From the human T2T-CHM13v2.0 reference genome, Homo sapiens, in assembly GCF_009914755.1 (NCBI RefSeq), contig NC_060947.1: a DNA stretch of 64,000 nt, one strand, 5' to 3'. The position numbers and the translations under genes were made by a program. The notes beneath the pieces were generated by a model that was not told the origin of the DNA, ran no database searches, and saw nothing but the letters and a program-made list of their open reading frames with translations. Positions 1-14,508 of the stretch are shown piece by piece. Each line of letters opens with the position of its first letter. Within the stretch, counting starts at the first letter, position 1.

Positions 1-413
1 CATGCCTGGACAGCTGAATGATCATCTGCAAAGGCAATCACCCTTGGAATATTGCTTCTAATAATCCTGCCCATCATTCAAATATTATTTTCTTAATTCA
101 TCCATACACCATTTTAAATGCAAATAAAGATCACCTTCCCAATATCTATGAAAATTAAATCCCATTGTGTATGAAAATTTACAACCCTAGCTTATATTAG
201 TTCATAGAACTATATCCCCACAATAGTTCAATCTCCCCGACAAAGTTAACTGAGAAGTCTAATTTGGTGTTTTAATTCAGCCTTGCAGTATTTACTGCTC
301 TTATTCACTGTGTAATTGTTGAATTTTTGGTCCCATTTTGCTGTGCAAGCCTGTATTAAATTGAGAGCCTCCAAGTACCCAGCGTGGCTGCTTATATGTT
401 CTCAGATTAGAAC

Positions 414-928
414 TCTGATAGGCAAATTAACAACCTCCCCCAACCCCCACCGCCAAGAGATGCTCAAGTCCTAGTCCTCAGGGCCTGTGAGTTAAGTTAC
501 ATTGCATGGCCAAAAGGAGTTTGCAGATGGGATGAAACTATGGATCCTAAAATGGGAAATGATCCTTCATTATCCAGGTGAGCTCAAAGTCATCACACAT
601 TTCCTTATAAGAGGGAGGCAGGAAGTCAGAGTCAAATATGGAGAATTGATGACAGAAAAAGAGCTCGGAGTTGTCTTGCAGCAATCCAAGAAATGCAGGT
701 GGCTTCTAGGATCTTGACGAGGCAAGGGGTTTTTTGTTTTGTTTTGTTTTGTTTTGTGTTTTTTCCTAGAGCTTCCACAGGGAGTGCAGTCCTCCTGATA
801 CCTTGATTTCAGCCAGGTGAGATCCATGTCAGATTTCTGACCTCCAGAACTGAAACATGATAAATTGACATTATTGGAAGCCACTGAGTTTGTGGCAGTT
901 TTTACAGAAGCCCTAGCTGACTCACACA
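414..928 (+). mobile_element. MLT1D-like MaLR solo LTR
   Basis: Typical MLT1 blocks: TTTGCAGATGGGAT, CCTTATAAGAGGGAGGCAGGA, CCTTGATTTCAGCC..TTCTGACCTCCAGAACTG, AAGCCACTGAGTTTGTGG..TTACAG. Confidence 0.85.
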
Positions 929-2519
929 GACTTAACTCTAGAATATCTTCGTTGAGATCAGTTTTGTCTATGGTGCATCCTTTAAGGATGACAAGAGATG
1001 ACTTCTGCATGCCTTGGTACCTATGAGTGTTATGACTCCTGAAATAATACAAAGAAAAGAACACACACACACACCAAAAAATGTAACTGTCTTTAAGCCA
1101 CGTAGTCATGTCTAGCCATATAGTCATGTCATGCATGACTAGCCATATAGTTATGTGACTCTATTTGGCTAGGACAATGTAGAACTGAATTACTAGGCAA
1201 GGAAAAAATAAATGGCAAAGTGTAAGAAAATGGAAGGGTCCTTGCAGGATTCACTGTGGGTTGGAAGCTTTGTACAAGGAGATACTCTCTCCTCTCCTGA
1301 AGAGAATGAATGGCCAGGCATCTTCAGGAAGGGGAGATGGAGACTGACTCGTTCTGGCCTCTTCAGTCATGCGTCTACAGCAAGCAGCATGAAGGTGGAT
1401 TCTCACGCATTTTAACCCAAGCAGCATAATCATAGCTTGCAGACCAGTCTCCCCATCTCATCCCCCACCTAATGCCTCTGTCCACCCCAAGGCAACACAG
1501 CCCTTGGGCCGCCTGCTTGGCTCTAATTACAACCTTGATGAAGATAAAGGATGTTTGGATCAGTGCTATTGGGCAAGTTATCATTATTCCATCACCAAGG
1601 TATCACTCTCTCGGGAACCAACGTTCAGTCTATCTTATGAATGATGTATCTCTATCCCATTTGCTGCGGGCGCTCCACAAATATTAACTATCCATGAACT
1701 TTCTCTGCTCTAATGTATGCTTTCCAATTGCAGAGTGATTGAGTGTCTTTGAGATGTATGTGCAGGGTACAAAAAGTGCAAAGGCTGATTTTCTGTGCAT
1801 GAAACAATTCAGGATGCTGGAGTATATCACTCAGAAATGACTTGGCTTCAAAATATAATTTGCTTTTAAAAATCACCAATAATAGTGTCTTATACTTAGA
1901 ACGTCATCTGTAGCCTCCTTCATACATGGCTGTCCTTTGAAGGAAAACACCACACTCAAGTTACGTAGCTTAACAACAAACCAGGGTCTTAAATTGTACG
2001 ACCAAATGTTCAGTAAGAAGCATTGTGTGAGTGCTTTCCCCTAAAACAGTAATGCACATAAAAATGAGGTAGTTTTAAAAATATGAAGCATGAAAAATAA
2101 AGCTTATAAAATAAAGTATCTTTGTTGGTGATGTTATTCGAAAGGACAGGATTGGAAGAAGAAAATCTGATTTTTGTTACAGATTCTCTGTGATTTTCTA
2201 GTGTTCTCTATAAATAATAGTATTAAAATTAAAATTAAAAAGTGCTGTTTATGCCAAATTCAATAGGACACCCACACTGTGCTCAGAAATATATATAATA
2301 TACGTCATATATGTTTATAAAAATTTTCATATGTAATACATATTTATTTACATATTTGCAATATATGCTTTCATATTTATATATAACATGAGTACTATGT
2401 TAATGTTAATTACACCCTATATTTATATCATAAAGTCGATATAATTTTATATTGTATATAGATGGATATGTATGTAAGTTTTCAAATTTCATATAATCTT
2501 GGTATCAATGCAAGGTGTT

Positions 2520-2635
2520 AGTATTAATATTTTTCTCATTTTACAGATGAGGAAACTGAGGCCCAGGGGTTATGGTTAACTTTCCCAGGAGCTGTAATGA
2601 AGTGTCAGGATGGGGATATAAGCATGAAATGGCTC
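2520..2635 (-). mobile_element. MIR SINE fragment
   Basis: MIR core TTTTACAGATGAGGAAACTGAGGCCCAG. Confidence 0.8.
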
Positions 2636-2659
2636 TAGAATCGTATCCTGTTGGACTGG

Positions 2660-3082
2660 CTTCTTTGGGACCACCCCCGTGCTCACGTAGATGCAGGTGT
2701 TGGGACCATCTCAGACCTACAGAATGAGAATCACCATGCAGGTTCAGAATCTGCAATTTTTTTTATACTTAAAGTTCTAGGGTACATGTGCACAACGTGC
2801 AGGTTTGATACATAGGTTTACATGTGCCATGTTGGTTTGCTGCAGCCATCAACTCATCATTTACATTAGGTATTTCTCCTAATGCTATCCCTCCCCCAGC
2901 CCCCTATCCCCCGACAGGCCTTGGTGTGCGAAGTTCCCCGCCCCGTGTCCATGTGTTCTCATTGTTCAATTCCCACCTATGAGTGAGAACATGCGGTGTT
3001 TGGTTTTCTGTCCTTGTGATAGTTTGCTTTTAAATGCATTGTACAAGTGATTCTTAAGCAACCTATAATTTGAGAATTGCTG
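2660..3082. mobile_element. MER5A-like hAT relic split by an L1 3' end
   Basis: CTCAGACCTACAGAATGAGAATC..AGAATCTGCA before the L1 and AAGTGATTCTTAAGCA..TTTGAGAA after it. Confidence 0.6.
2757..3028 (-). mobile_element. L1PA (about PA6/PA7) 3' UTR fragment, 5'-truncated
   Basis: Antisense L1 3' end: TTATACTTAAAGTTCTAGGGTACATGTGCACAACGTGCAGG..CCCACCTATGAGTGAGAACATGCGG. Confidence 0.92.
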
Positions 3083-3437
3083 CTTTCCCAATTAAATTGG
3101 TTCCAATGCCACTTTCAGTTTTACATTCTAAGGGGACTTTGGAGATTCAGTGACGATTTTGCGATATTATTCCCAGATCTCTTGGCTAATTGCTTGCTAT
3201 GTTTTCATAGAGGGACTCACGAAACATGAATTTGAATGCTCACAACACCCCCACAGGAAAGATCAGTTATTAGAAATGCATCACTGATTTGCCTGAATAT
3301 ATTTCTAAAGGGAACACAAAGGCAGGAAAAGAAACAATTTAAATCCTGTACCAATTTGTACATGCTGAACAACTTATATTTCTTAATCAGACTCAAAGCC
3401 ACTCATTATTATATAGGTCCAGCGTTCTATCAAGAAC

Positions 3438-3914
3438 TGTCTTCATTTCCCAGGGCTGCAATAACAATGTAACACAAACTGAGTGGGATTAAAAACTGAA
3501 ATTAAAAAAAAAAGATGCTCAAAACATTCTGAAGACCAAAAGTCAGAAATCAAGGTGTCTCAGGGCTGCACTCAACATTGGAGGCCATGGGGGAGGATCC
3601 TTCCTGCCTCTCCCAGCTCCTGGGAGCTTCAGGTGTCCTGGGCTTATGGTCGCATTCCTCCAGTCTCTGGCTCCATCTCCACATGGCCTTCTCCTCTGTG
3701 TCTATGTCTCCTCTTCTGTCTCTTAGAAGTACCCTGGTCATTGGATTTAGGGCCACCTTAATCCAGGATGATAGCATATTAATTTGATTATGTCTGCAAA
3801 AATTCTATTTCCAAATGTGGCCACTTTTATAGGTCCAGAGTGGGTATATATGTATGTATGTATGTATGTATATGTACATATATATTTGTGGAGGGGACCA
3901 TTTGACCCAGTAGA
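3438..3914 (-). mobile_element. MLT1C-like MaLR solo LTR
   Basis: Antisense MLT1 blocks: CAGGGCTGCAATAACAA, AATCAAGGTGTC, TCATTGGATTTAGGGCC, ATCCAGGATGA. Confidence 0.85.
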
Positions 3915-5594
3915 ATGACCTTCAGTGTAAAAATATAACCAAACATTTGCATAATTTTAGACAAGTTTGAAAATAATGAATGAGTACTTATTTTACAGAG
4001 GTAAACATTTTAGGAAAAACATATTCTCATAGGCTGACAGTGTAGCTTTATGACAAAATTAGTCAGGAGCTTGTGCCTATGTGCACTTGTGAATGTGGTC
4101 TTTGCACATTGGATCGGGGTATTGGTGGATAGCTATGGTTCGTTTCCTTTTGCCAGGAGGATACATTTCCTAGCACTCTACAAAGCTGCTCTGAGTGTAC
4201 CATTGACCTTTCCATAAATCTGTTATTCTTCTCACATTCCTCTCCACAGACTCTTTTTTCCCTCCAATGGTATTTGTAGAAGGAAGACACAGAAATCTAT
4301 TACATCTTCTTTACTTTAACCTTTTAGTTATGTAGTTTTTGTCCTCCTCTGTAGTGAGATACCATTCCTACTCTAAGTGCAGATCACGGAAGACCTTCAT
4401 GGCCAAATCATTTACTTGAATTTTATTATTACACAACCAGTTCAGTTGACCTTTTGTAATTCTGCTAATCAACATAGATGCTTGAGGTGAAACTTAAGAA
4501 TACAGTGAAATCTTCCTGTTTATGGAATATTTTATTTGCATATGTTGGATCCCTCTATCTAACTGAATATATTCAGTTTAACTTGTTTAACCACAGTAGC
4601 TATTTTGTTGTTCTGTAAGCTAGATGCACACTGCCCTTGTGTTCCACCTCATACATTGACTTTCTTAGTGTGAAATTAGAATTTAACATACAGAGTAAAT
4701 GTTAAACAATGGCTTTCTGTACCTTCTTGAGGGAGGCTATAATTCCCACTGCCACTAAATCCCACTTCTTCAGTTATATTAGGAATAAAATTATGAGAGC
4801 ATAAATAGCTAACTTCTAGACATGGCATATAACACCACTCTACATTGTCCAGGAGAAAATTAATTGTAAACACGGCCAAGTGAGTCTCTCTGTCTTGTGT
4901 TAAAATGCTGTCCGATTTTTTGGCCAGTATTATGCTAGAAAATGTAGTCCTTTTCTCCCTCATAATGGGAAAAAGTGACCATAGTTAAGTCCATATGAAA
5001 GACTGACAGGCCCATGAAAAGGTGAGAGGAAAAGAGAACTATATCAGACATCCCAAAACTCTATATAGTCCTATGTGCTCAGTCCTGAGCTCATATCTGC
5101 AAGGTTGAGTAGCCTGAACTTGAGAACAGGGCCAAAGAGGACATGTTTTTCAGCTCTATGCACACCATTTTTGCTCCAGAGACGTAGCTCGATGAGCTGC
5201 TTTGTAAATGAATGTTCTTGCTCATAAAGGGAATTGTGCAAAAGCAAATGAGTAGCTTAATGCCTGAAAGCCCATTACCACCATCATGAAATGTTTTGTG
5301 TCAATGTCTGCAGATCTTGGTAAGAACTCTCTGTGGTGTACACATTCATTCATATGGAGAAAATGTGGCATCAAGGAAAGACCATGGGCTTCCAAAGGCA
5401 ATTACATTCAGGTGCAGGCACGGCTTCCTGGCTTGGAGACAGGCTATAGAATGATTTTGACTTCCTGCATCTGCATCTTATACATGCATATCTATATCAA
5501 AGGTAATACATCCCTATCACATGCACTATCTTATGTACAGCCCTGAGCATTATGTTTGGGTCTAAATATAGGAATTTAAAAGCAAAGAAACTGG

Positions 5595-5812
5595 AGTAGC
5601 ATAAACTGGGTTTACCTCTCTGCTCAGCCATTTACTACCCATGTGAACGGACACCCTACTTAATTTTGCTATGCCTCGGTTTCCTCAGCTATAAAATAGG
5701 GAAAATAATGGAATTTTTTCTCATCGTGTGGCCAAAAAATGACATAATAATACATGTCAAATGCTTACAATCATGCCTGGCCCATTTTAAGTGCACATAT
5801 ATCTTATTATTT
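5595..5812 (+). mobile_element. MIR SINE
   Basis: GCCTCGGTTTCCTCAGCTATAAAATAGGG core followed by AAATGCTTACAATCATGCCTGGC. Confidence 0.75.
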
Positions 5813-6102
5813 GTACAGAGGACATTCTAATAGGGATAGCTTCTATACTTGTCAGTTTTAGCAGGAATAAGGACATGTGGGATTGAGACCATATTTCTGC
5901 AGTATACCTTTGAGCCCCTTAAATGCAAAAAAGAGAAAGAATATCAGACATACGAAATAACACATCTTATCCGTGGTTGTATTGTGGGCATACAATTTAA
6001 ATTCCTGTTATCATTAAAAAATGGAATACATTTTGTCATTATATTATTTTTTTAGGAGGATAGTTATCTCAAGGGAAAAAATCATTAGACAAGAAAAGTT
6101 TA

Positions 6103-6727
<625 letters not shown>

Positions 6728-6755
6728 TTATATATATATATATATGCACACACAC

Positions 6756-6910
6756 ACATGATATGGCAATAGGCTTACAGGAAAAGCGAAATATTATTTT
6801 ATAAAATAGTCACTCTCTAAATAATGATTATATACATGATATGGCAATAAGCTTACAAGAAAAGCGAAAATTATTATTTTATTAAAAAATCAGTCTCTGA
6901 ATAATGATCA
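6756..6910. repeat. Diverged tandem duplication, about 78-bp unit x2
   Basis: ACATGATATGGCAATA(G/A)GCTTACA(G/A)GAAAAGCGAAA..ATAATGAT starts at 6756 and again at 6834. Confidence 0.9.
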
Positions 6911-7718
6911 TTTCCAAAATATGTTTTTATAAGCAATTGTCCTTTTCAGAGAGTGATTAAATCGAATCATGTTCAATACCTTGTAAAGCAAATAGAATTT
7001 CCCTGAAGGGCACTTGTAGGGCCAAATCGTTCATAGTTTGCCTCCAAAACATGTTTGCAAGTGAAAGGTGTAGTCCTATTTAATTTCCTATTCAAATTAT
7101 TTTTGAATTTCTCACGCAAATCACATCACACTGTTTTATTATACCGGTATTCAGATTTTCATACATACACAAACACTAGACATTAAGTTAATTTTTAAAC
7201 TATATTTGCCTTTAATTTTAAATATCTTTTTTACTATTGGCTTTGAAGTTCCTTAAATGACCCCATTCCCTTTAGTCACTGAATCATGCACTTAAAATAT
7301 TAAACATTTAGCAAGAAGAAAAGGGACCGGGCATCACATTGTTAAATTGCATAATAATTAATATTAGTTATTTTTAGACTGTTACGATAATGCTGATTTT
7401 TTTCTTTGTGCACTTTTATCAATTTCAAGTGTTCTACATTTGAATTACATTCTATTATAAAATAAAAGATTCATCTTTGCCCCTCACCATCACTTCTTTG
7501 CCTTTTTCTGGTAGATACATGATTTCTATCATTATTAGGGTCATTTGCAATTGACATATTTTTTCCATAGCTTCCCTACAACTCTAACTTGAAATTTCAC
7601 AAAACATCCAGGGCAATTTTTGGGTTAACTACAGGATATCTGTATCAATCAATACACTTTCATTTTATATATATCCTAACCATCTCTGTACTTTTTTACA
7701 TAAACTCTTCCATGTTAT

Positions 7719-8059
7719 TGTTGTGGGACTTTTCCTTAGTTCAGCCAAAGACAAGGTCCTTGTCACAAGGCCATGAAATTTAGGCTCGCAGACCATTTGA
7801 AGAGTGAATAAAGCAGGATTTTATTGGGTGAAAAAGAAAAGAAAAGGGAAACAGGGACTCTCCACAAAGCCAGAGGTCCTCTAGTGTGCTTCCTGCCTCG
7901 CAGCTTGAAATCCAGGTACCACCCAGGAAAGGGAGGGGCCTAGCTCCTCCCCACTGCAACCCCTGCAAACTTCTGTACCTCTACCCCACTGTGAGCTCTT
8001 CCCAGTGTGCAGGTTGGTCGGAGGCTCTGCCAGAGAGCCCTTCCCACCTGGCTGTTTCA
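7719..8059 (-). mobile_element. MER61A-like ERV1 solo LTR
   Basis: TG..CA termini, 4-bp TSD TTAT (7715-7718 and 8060-8063), blocks TTCCTTAGTTCAGC, AGGCTCGCAGAC, CCCTTCCCACCTGGCTGT. Confidence 0.88.
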
Positions 8060-8489
8060 TTATAGGCACCATTAAATTTGGCAAAATGCTTTTTTGGCAA
8101 AAAGCATTTCCTGCTTTTTCTAGAATATGTCTGGGAATATGTATCATAGAGAAGAAACCCTCTTACCCTGAAACTACAAGTTTCAATTTAGAAAGAAATG
8201 TTTCTAACACATATACCATATGTTGAAGATACGGGTCTCAGTATAAGCCTAACAAAGCCTTCATGTTTTCCAATTTTATAATGTGAAGGCAAGAGAAAGC
8301 AAGGTGTCAATAACATTTAAATATGTGATGGAGGTGTTAATTCCAGCATCAGGAAGAATCTGAAGAATGAAGCAAATTATTTTCCAGACCAAGAAAACAA
8401 TGAAAGGGAGACAGAAACATAATAACCTACACAGGTTTTTGATCATAGCCAACCCCACCTTCATTTGATGACATAGAACAAAGATGAAC

Positions 8490-8680
8490 ACAATTTACCA
8501 TAAGGGACAGAGAGTCAATATTTTCAGCTTTGTGAGTCAGGCGGTCCACTCTGACATTGTAAAGCAAAAGCATCCACAGACAACAGGCAAATGCAGGTGC
8601 CTGACTGTGCGCTACTAAAACTTTATTTAAAAAAACAGGCCAGAGGGCTGGATGGCAGAATGTAGTGTATCAACACTCCA
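8490..8680 (+). mobile_element. MER58A-like hAT relic
   Basis: AAGGGACAGAGAGTCAATATTTTCAGCTTTG..TAAAACTTTATTTAAAAAAACAGGC. Confidence 0.75.
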
Positions 8681-9608
8681 CCTTACAATTCCCCCTAAGG
8701 AGAGCAAATATATTCTTCTCACCATTTATGCAGTGCCAATTCCTAAGTTAAACACAAATATCAACAAACAAACTCCCAAATAAATAAAATGTACAGAAAT
8801 TTTCCAACTCTCCAGAGCATAACACTGGTCTGTCCTCAGCCCAAAGCATCTCTCACCTGTTTCTGCACACCTAGTTCTGTTTTTCTACACCCAGGGAGAA
8901 GGTGCAGGTTCCAGGATCAGTTGCTAAGCTTCCAGCAGTGCTGAGTATCGTGAGAGATAATTTGACCCTAACTATAACGCTGTAGGTGGGGGCTAAGCAA
9001 ATGAGCCCTGGTAGGCATGCATGCTCTGCATCTGAGAGTAACTTGTTTTTAAATTTATTTCAGATCTGCTCAGAAAAGTAGGGAAACAGACTGACGGAGT
9101 AGGAGGAAGCTAAGACAGCTAAAAACTATGAGGCAACGGCTGCTTGGAACAGAGGGCCCAAAGCTGTCATGGCAAGCTGCCCTGCAGCCCAGGTTGGAGT
9201 GGCTGTCAAGCAGTGAGGCTTTGGGAACCTCCCTCCACCAGCCTGGTGACAAGTATCACCTTGTTCAAGATGAGGAAGACAAACTTATTTTTTTTTTAAT
9301 GAAGAAAAAAAGAATGGAGACTTTATCCAGGGTATGCAAACAGCTCGAAAATAGACTACTATGTCAGAAGAAAAAAAAACTGCATTAGAAACAGGATTTT
9401 ATACCTCTAAATTATATCAGAAATGTAAAGAATAAAGTAGGACATTTGTTGCTTTATTCAATAGCTCCTTTGTAGCATATATGGTGCTATTTTGTAACAA
9501 GGCTGTTCCTGAGTGAGAGGGCAGGCATTATTGCAAAAAAGATGTCCACCAGCCCTCAGGGAACTTACAGTCTAGAGGGAGAAGGAAAAAGGTTAAGAAG
9601 TGATGATT

Positions 9609-9943
9609 GGCCAGGTACAGTGGCTCACACCTGTAATCCCAGCAATTTGGGAGGCCAGCGCAGAAGGATTGTTTGAGACCAGGAGATTAAGACCAGCCTG
9701 GGCAACACAATGGGACCTCATCTCTTAAAAAAAAAAACAAAAACAATAGCCAGTCATGGTGATGTGTGTGTGCCTGTGATCCCAGCTACTTGGGAGGCTG
9801 AGGTGAGAGGATCCCTTGAGATCAGGTGGTGAAGATCAGCCTGGGCAACATATCAGGATCCTTTGAGGTTGAGGCTGCAGTGGGCTATGATCACATCCCC
9901 GCACTCCAACCTGAGCAACAAACGGAGACCCTGTCTGTAAAAC
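9609..9943 (+). mobile_element. AluJ with internal rearrangement in the right arm
   Basis: GGCCAGGTACAGTGGCTCAC start; AluJ features GAGGCTGCAGTGGGCTATGATC and GAGACCCTGTCT. Confidence 0.9.
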
Positions 9944-9945
9944 GA

Positions 9946-10019
<74 letters not shown>

Positions 10020-10111
10020 AAGAGAAAGAAAGAAAGAGAAAGAAAGAAAGAAAGAAAGAGAAAGAAAGAAAGAAAGAGAAAGAGAAAGGAAGGAAGGAAG
10101 GAAGGAAGGAA

Positions 10112-10145
<34 letters not shown>

Positions 10146-10219
10146 GAAAGAAGAAGGAAGGAAGGAAGAAAGAAAGGAAGGAAGGAAGGAAGGAAGGAAG
10201 GAAGGAAGAAAGAAAGAAA

Positions 10220-10255
<36 letters not shown>

Positions 10256-10316
10256 GAAAGAGGAAGGAAGGAAGAAAGAGAGAGAGAGAGAGAGAAAGAA
10301 AGAGAGAAAGAAAGAG
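9944..10316. repeat. Compound (GAAA)n/(GGAA)n/(GA)n purine tract derived from the Alu tail
   Basis: About 370 bp of uninterrupted A/G. Confidence 0.97.
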
Positions 10317-10318
10317 TG

Positions 10319-10619
10319 AGCCGGGTGTGATGGCTCACACCTGTAATCCTAGCACTTTGGCAGGCTGAGGCAGGGAAGTCGTTTGAGGTTAGGAGTTCCA
10401 GACCAGACTGCCCAACATGGTGAAACCTGTCTCTACTAAAAATCCAAAAAGATTAGCTGGAGTGGTGGGGGGCTCCTGTAGTCCCAGCTAAGTGGAGGCC
10501 AAGGCAGAAGAATTGCTTGAACCTAGGAGGTAGAGGTTGCAATGAGCCAAAATTGCGCCACTGCACTCCAGCCTGGGTGACAGAGCGAGACTCCATCTCA
10601 AAAAAAAAAAAAAAAAAAA
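10319..10619 (+). mobile_element. AluS
   Basis: Full dimer with a long poly(A) tail. Confidence 0.93.
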
Positions 10620-10923
10620 GTGATGGTCTGGGTTTCTAAGCCAGTATAGAGAGATGCAGGAAGATTTTGTTTGCTTTGTTTGTGGAGGAGAAGAAATGTC
10701 TATACAGAGACCTAATGAATGACATCAGATAAAGATATTAATAGTAAAGAATGTACGTAAGATAGCTGATTCCAGGGTACCACTAGGCATAAGAGTACAG
10801 AAAGCTACCTTATTTGAGGACCAAAAGCTGTTTGGAATATTTGGATCGTCAGTTCGGTGAATGGAGCACACACAGAAAATAAGTACATATTTTAAAAGAA
10901 AGTCAGGAAGCATTGTTGAAGGC

Positions 10924-11364
10924 TGCAGTAGATTGAATGGTGTCTCCCCAAAAGATATGTCCCTATCACAATCTCGGGAGCCTGTGAATATGAGCTTATT
11001 TGAGAAAAACATCTTTGAAGATGCAATTATGGTGAGGATCTGAAGATGAGATTAACTTGGATTTTCTAGGTGGGCCCTAAATCCAATGACAGGTGTCCTT
11101 TTAAGAGACAAAAGAGAAAAGGCTAAGTGGAGACGGAAGCAGAGATAGGGGAGACTTGGCCACAAGCCAAGGGACACCTGAAGCCACCAGGACCTGGAAG
11201 AGGAAGGAAGGATCGTTCCCTGGAGCCTCCAGAGGGGGCACAGCCCTGCTCACACCTTGATTTTGGACCTCTGGCCTCCAAAGCTGTGAGATAATAAATT
11301 TCTGTTGTTATAAGTCACCAAATATGTGGCATTTTAAAAATAGCAGCCATGAGAATCTAATACA
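10924..11364 (+). mobile_element. MLT1C-like MaLR solo LTR
   Basis: GGGCCCTAAATCCAATGACAGGTGTCCTT, CCACAAGCCAAGG, ACACCTTGATTTTGGAC, ends CTAATACA. Confidence 0.9.
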
Positions 11365-11720
11365 AGGAATATACAAATAAATGTGAAAAAGATAAAGTGT
11401 TAAACCATTTTCATGAAGAGGAAGAGACAATTTTGCTAAGATATGAGTTGTTTCTCCAATTTAATCTAAAAATGTATTTCTTACATCTGATAGGCTAGTA
11501 CAGAATATCTTATTCATTCGAAAATAGATTAAAAATGGGAAAGAAGACATCACAGAAGAGCAAGATAGATTTACCACAGCACATATCAAATTATGTCATT
11601 ATCCTTTTAAACCAATTCAAATATTTGTTCTTGGCACAGAGTTGAGAAATGGTTATCCCCTGCAAGCCTGTACTTCACTCATTACCACTGTTTCTGCCCC
11701 AAGTTAAAAATGCAACAGAT

Positions 11721-12035
11721 GGCCAGGTGCAATGGCTCATGCCTGTAATCCCAGCAGTTTGGGAAGCTGAGGCAGGGGAATCGCTTTAAGTTAGGAGTTC
11801 AAGACCAGCCTGGGCAACATAGTGAGACCCTCTTTTCTACCAAAAAAAAAAATTAGCCAGGTTCTGTGGTATGCATCTGTGGTCTTAGTGACTCAGGAGG
11901 CTAACGTGGGAGAATCACTTGAGCTCAGGAGTTTGAGGCTGCAGTGAGCTATGATTGCGCAATCCAGCCTGGGTGACAGAATGAGACTGTGTCTCTAAAG
12001 AAATTTTTAAAATAAAATAAAATTAATACATAAAT
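11721..12035 (+). mobile_element. AluJ
   Basis: Full dimer; TSD AAA(A/G)TGCAACAGAT on both sides. Confidence 0.93.
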
Positions 12036-12764
12036 AAAGTGCAACAGATTTGGAGAGAAGATGATGAGGTGGAGCCCTTGGTTTGGTAAGGAGAACTATG
12101 ACTTTTCCTTCCGCACCAAAAAGGGTGCCATCCTTCCCTTCCCAAGCCAAGTAAGACAGGCAGAAGATAATTAATCAGAGAATTTGGAGAACTCCACATC
12201 AAGGGAAGGAGAATGCTATCTCATTTCCTGTGCGGTACCTGCCTATGTATGCATCAGCATATCTTACGCTTTTGCCTTGCAGGGCACTGTGATGGTAAAT
12301 TTTATGTCAACTTGACCGGGCCACACGGTGCTTATGATTGTGGGTGTGTCTGCGAGAGTGTTTCTGGATGAGATTGGCATTTGTGTCTATGGAACTGATA
12401 ATGTAGATGGCCTTTTCCAATGTGGGTGGGAAATAGCCAATCTGTTGAGGGTCTCAGTAAAACAAAAAGGCAGAGGAAGAAGTAGTTTTCTCTTTTTGCT
12501 TCCTGACTGCCTGCCTGAGCTGGGACATGAGGCTGCTGCTGTCCTTGAGCTAGGGTTTTCCCTTGGTTCTCATGGCTTTTCTGGTCTTTAGTCTTGGTTC
12601 AGATTATATCAGAGACTTTTCTTGAGTTTCTAGCTTGCAGAAGGCAGATCATGGGACTTCTCAGCTCATAATTGTGTCGCCCAATTTCTCATAATAAATC
12701 TATTAATACATACATAGATAGATAGTTACGTAGGTATATAGAGATATCATCTACTTGTATATCA

Positions 12765-13410
<646 letters not shown>

Positions 13411-13580
13411 TCTTTATATATGTCTAAATCTGTATTATGGAACCAATAAGATATATAAAAGCATATATATGAAGAGATTTTTACATATGTGTACATGTGA
13501 TACAGTTGTATCTATTGTCTATGTCTCTCTCTCTATATATATATGGTCCAGTGACTATTCACCAACAGAAATTCAGACAC

Positions 13581-13611
<31 letters not shown>

Positions 13612-13830
13612 TCATATATATGCACTCCCATACCCATATATGTACATATAACTGTATATATATGTATGATATATATCCCATACATATTATATATATATAC
13701 ACCCAAATATGTACACATTCATATATACCCCCATATATATTCATATGAATATAAACTCATATATATGCTCATATATGTAAACCCATATACATACATAAAC
13801 TCATATATGTATGCCCATATACCTGAACCC

Positions 13831-13878
<48 letters not shown>
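13411..13878. repeat. TA/CATA-rich low-complexity tract ending in (TG)n at 13836-13878
   Basis: Directly visible. Confidence 0.9.
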
Positions 13879-13881
<3 letters not shown>

Positions 13882-14311
13882 CATATATTTTATTGGCTCT
13901 ATGTCTGTATATCTCTGGAGTACTCCTACTAATACAACCAGGAGATATGGAACTAGGGAGAGTTTCCAGGTGAAGAAAGGGTGAAACCATGTAGCAATAG
14001 AGCAAGCCGCACTCTGGCTATTTCAAGTGACAAGAAAGTCTGGGTATCCTATTTGTCATGATCACCAAAGAGAGTGAGTGGTTTTGGCCTTCCCCAAAAC
14101 TCCTCAACATGTCCCATGCAAGAGCTGCCATACTGAGTGCCTCAATAGCCTCTGTTAGCCAAGGGGAGGTGACAGCATTGTGGATCAGTGAGAGATTCCA
14201 CGTATTTATCTCCCCGTTTTAATCTCCTCACCCCAACACAGCAATTGAGTCAGCTCAGAATTAGGAAGGGAAATGAGGGGGTATTAAATTGGATATGAGG
14301 CTGAACTTTTT

Positions 14312-14508
14312 TTTTACTTTTGTGTAATTTCTTTTTATTATTATTATTATTATTATACTTTAAGTTTTAGGGTACATGTGCACAACGTGCAGGTTTGTTA
14401 CATATGTATACATGTGCCATGTTGGTGTGCTGCAGCCATTAACTCGTCATTTAACACTAGGTATATCTCCTAACGCTATCCCTCCCCCCTCCCCACTCCC
14501 CCCACCCA
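14312..14508 (-). mobile_element. Short L1PA3/PA4-type 3' end with 14-bp TSD
   Basis: Antisense L1 3' UTR; TSD AGGCTGAACTTTTT at 14298-14311 and 14509-14522. Confidence 0.93.

Noticed and set aside
570-1136. 188-aa minus-strand ORF
   Set aside because: Mostly antisense MLT1D plus simple repeats; no recognisable domain.
1096-1160. Three short AGCCA..TAGT(C/T)ATGT copies with a GTCATGCATGAC palindrome, loosely p53-like
   Set aside because: Half-sites deviate from RRRCWWGYYY and are not properly paired; most simply a small slippage repeat.
4561-4578. 18-bp perfect palindrome AACTGAATATATTCAGTT
   Set aside because: A 9-bp arm can occur by chance in 64 kb of AT-rich DNA.
9064-9260. Possible exon after TTTATTTCAG in a GC-richer unique stretch
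   Set aside because: No strong matching donor, no protein similarity and no transcript evidence available.
9826-10368. 180-aa K/E/R-rich ORF and similar ORFs at 24.0, 28.8, 46.0, 53.2 and 62.3 kb
   Set aside because: Translations of purine/pyrimidine simple repeats, which lack stop codons by composition.
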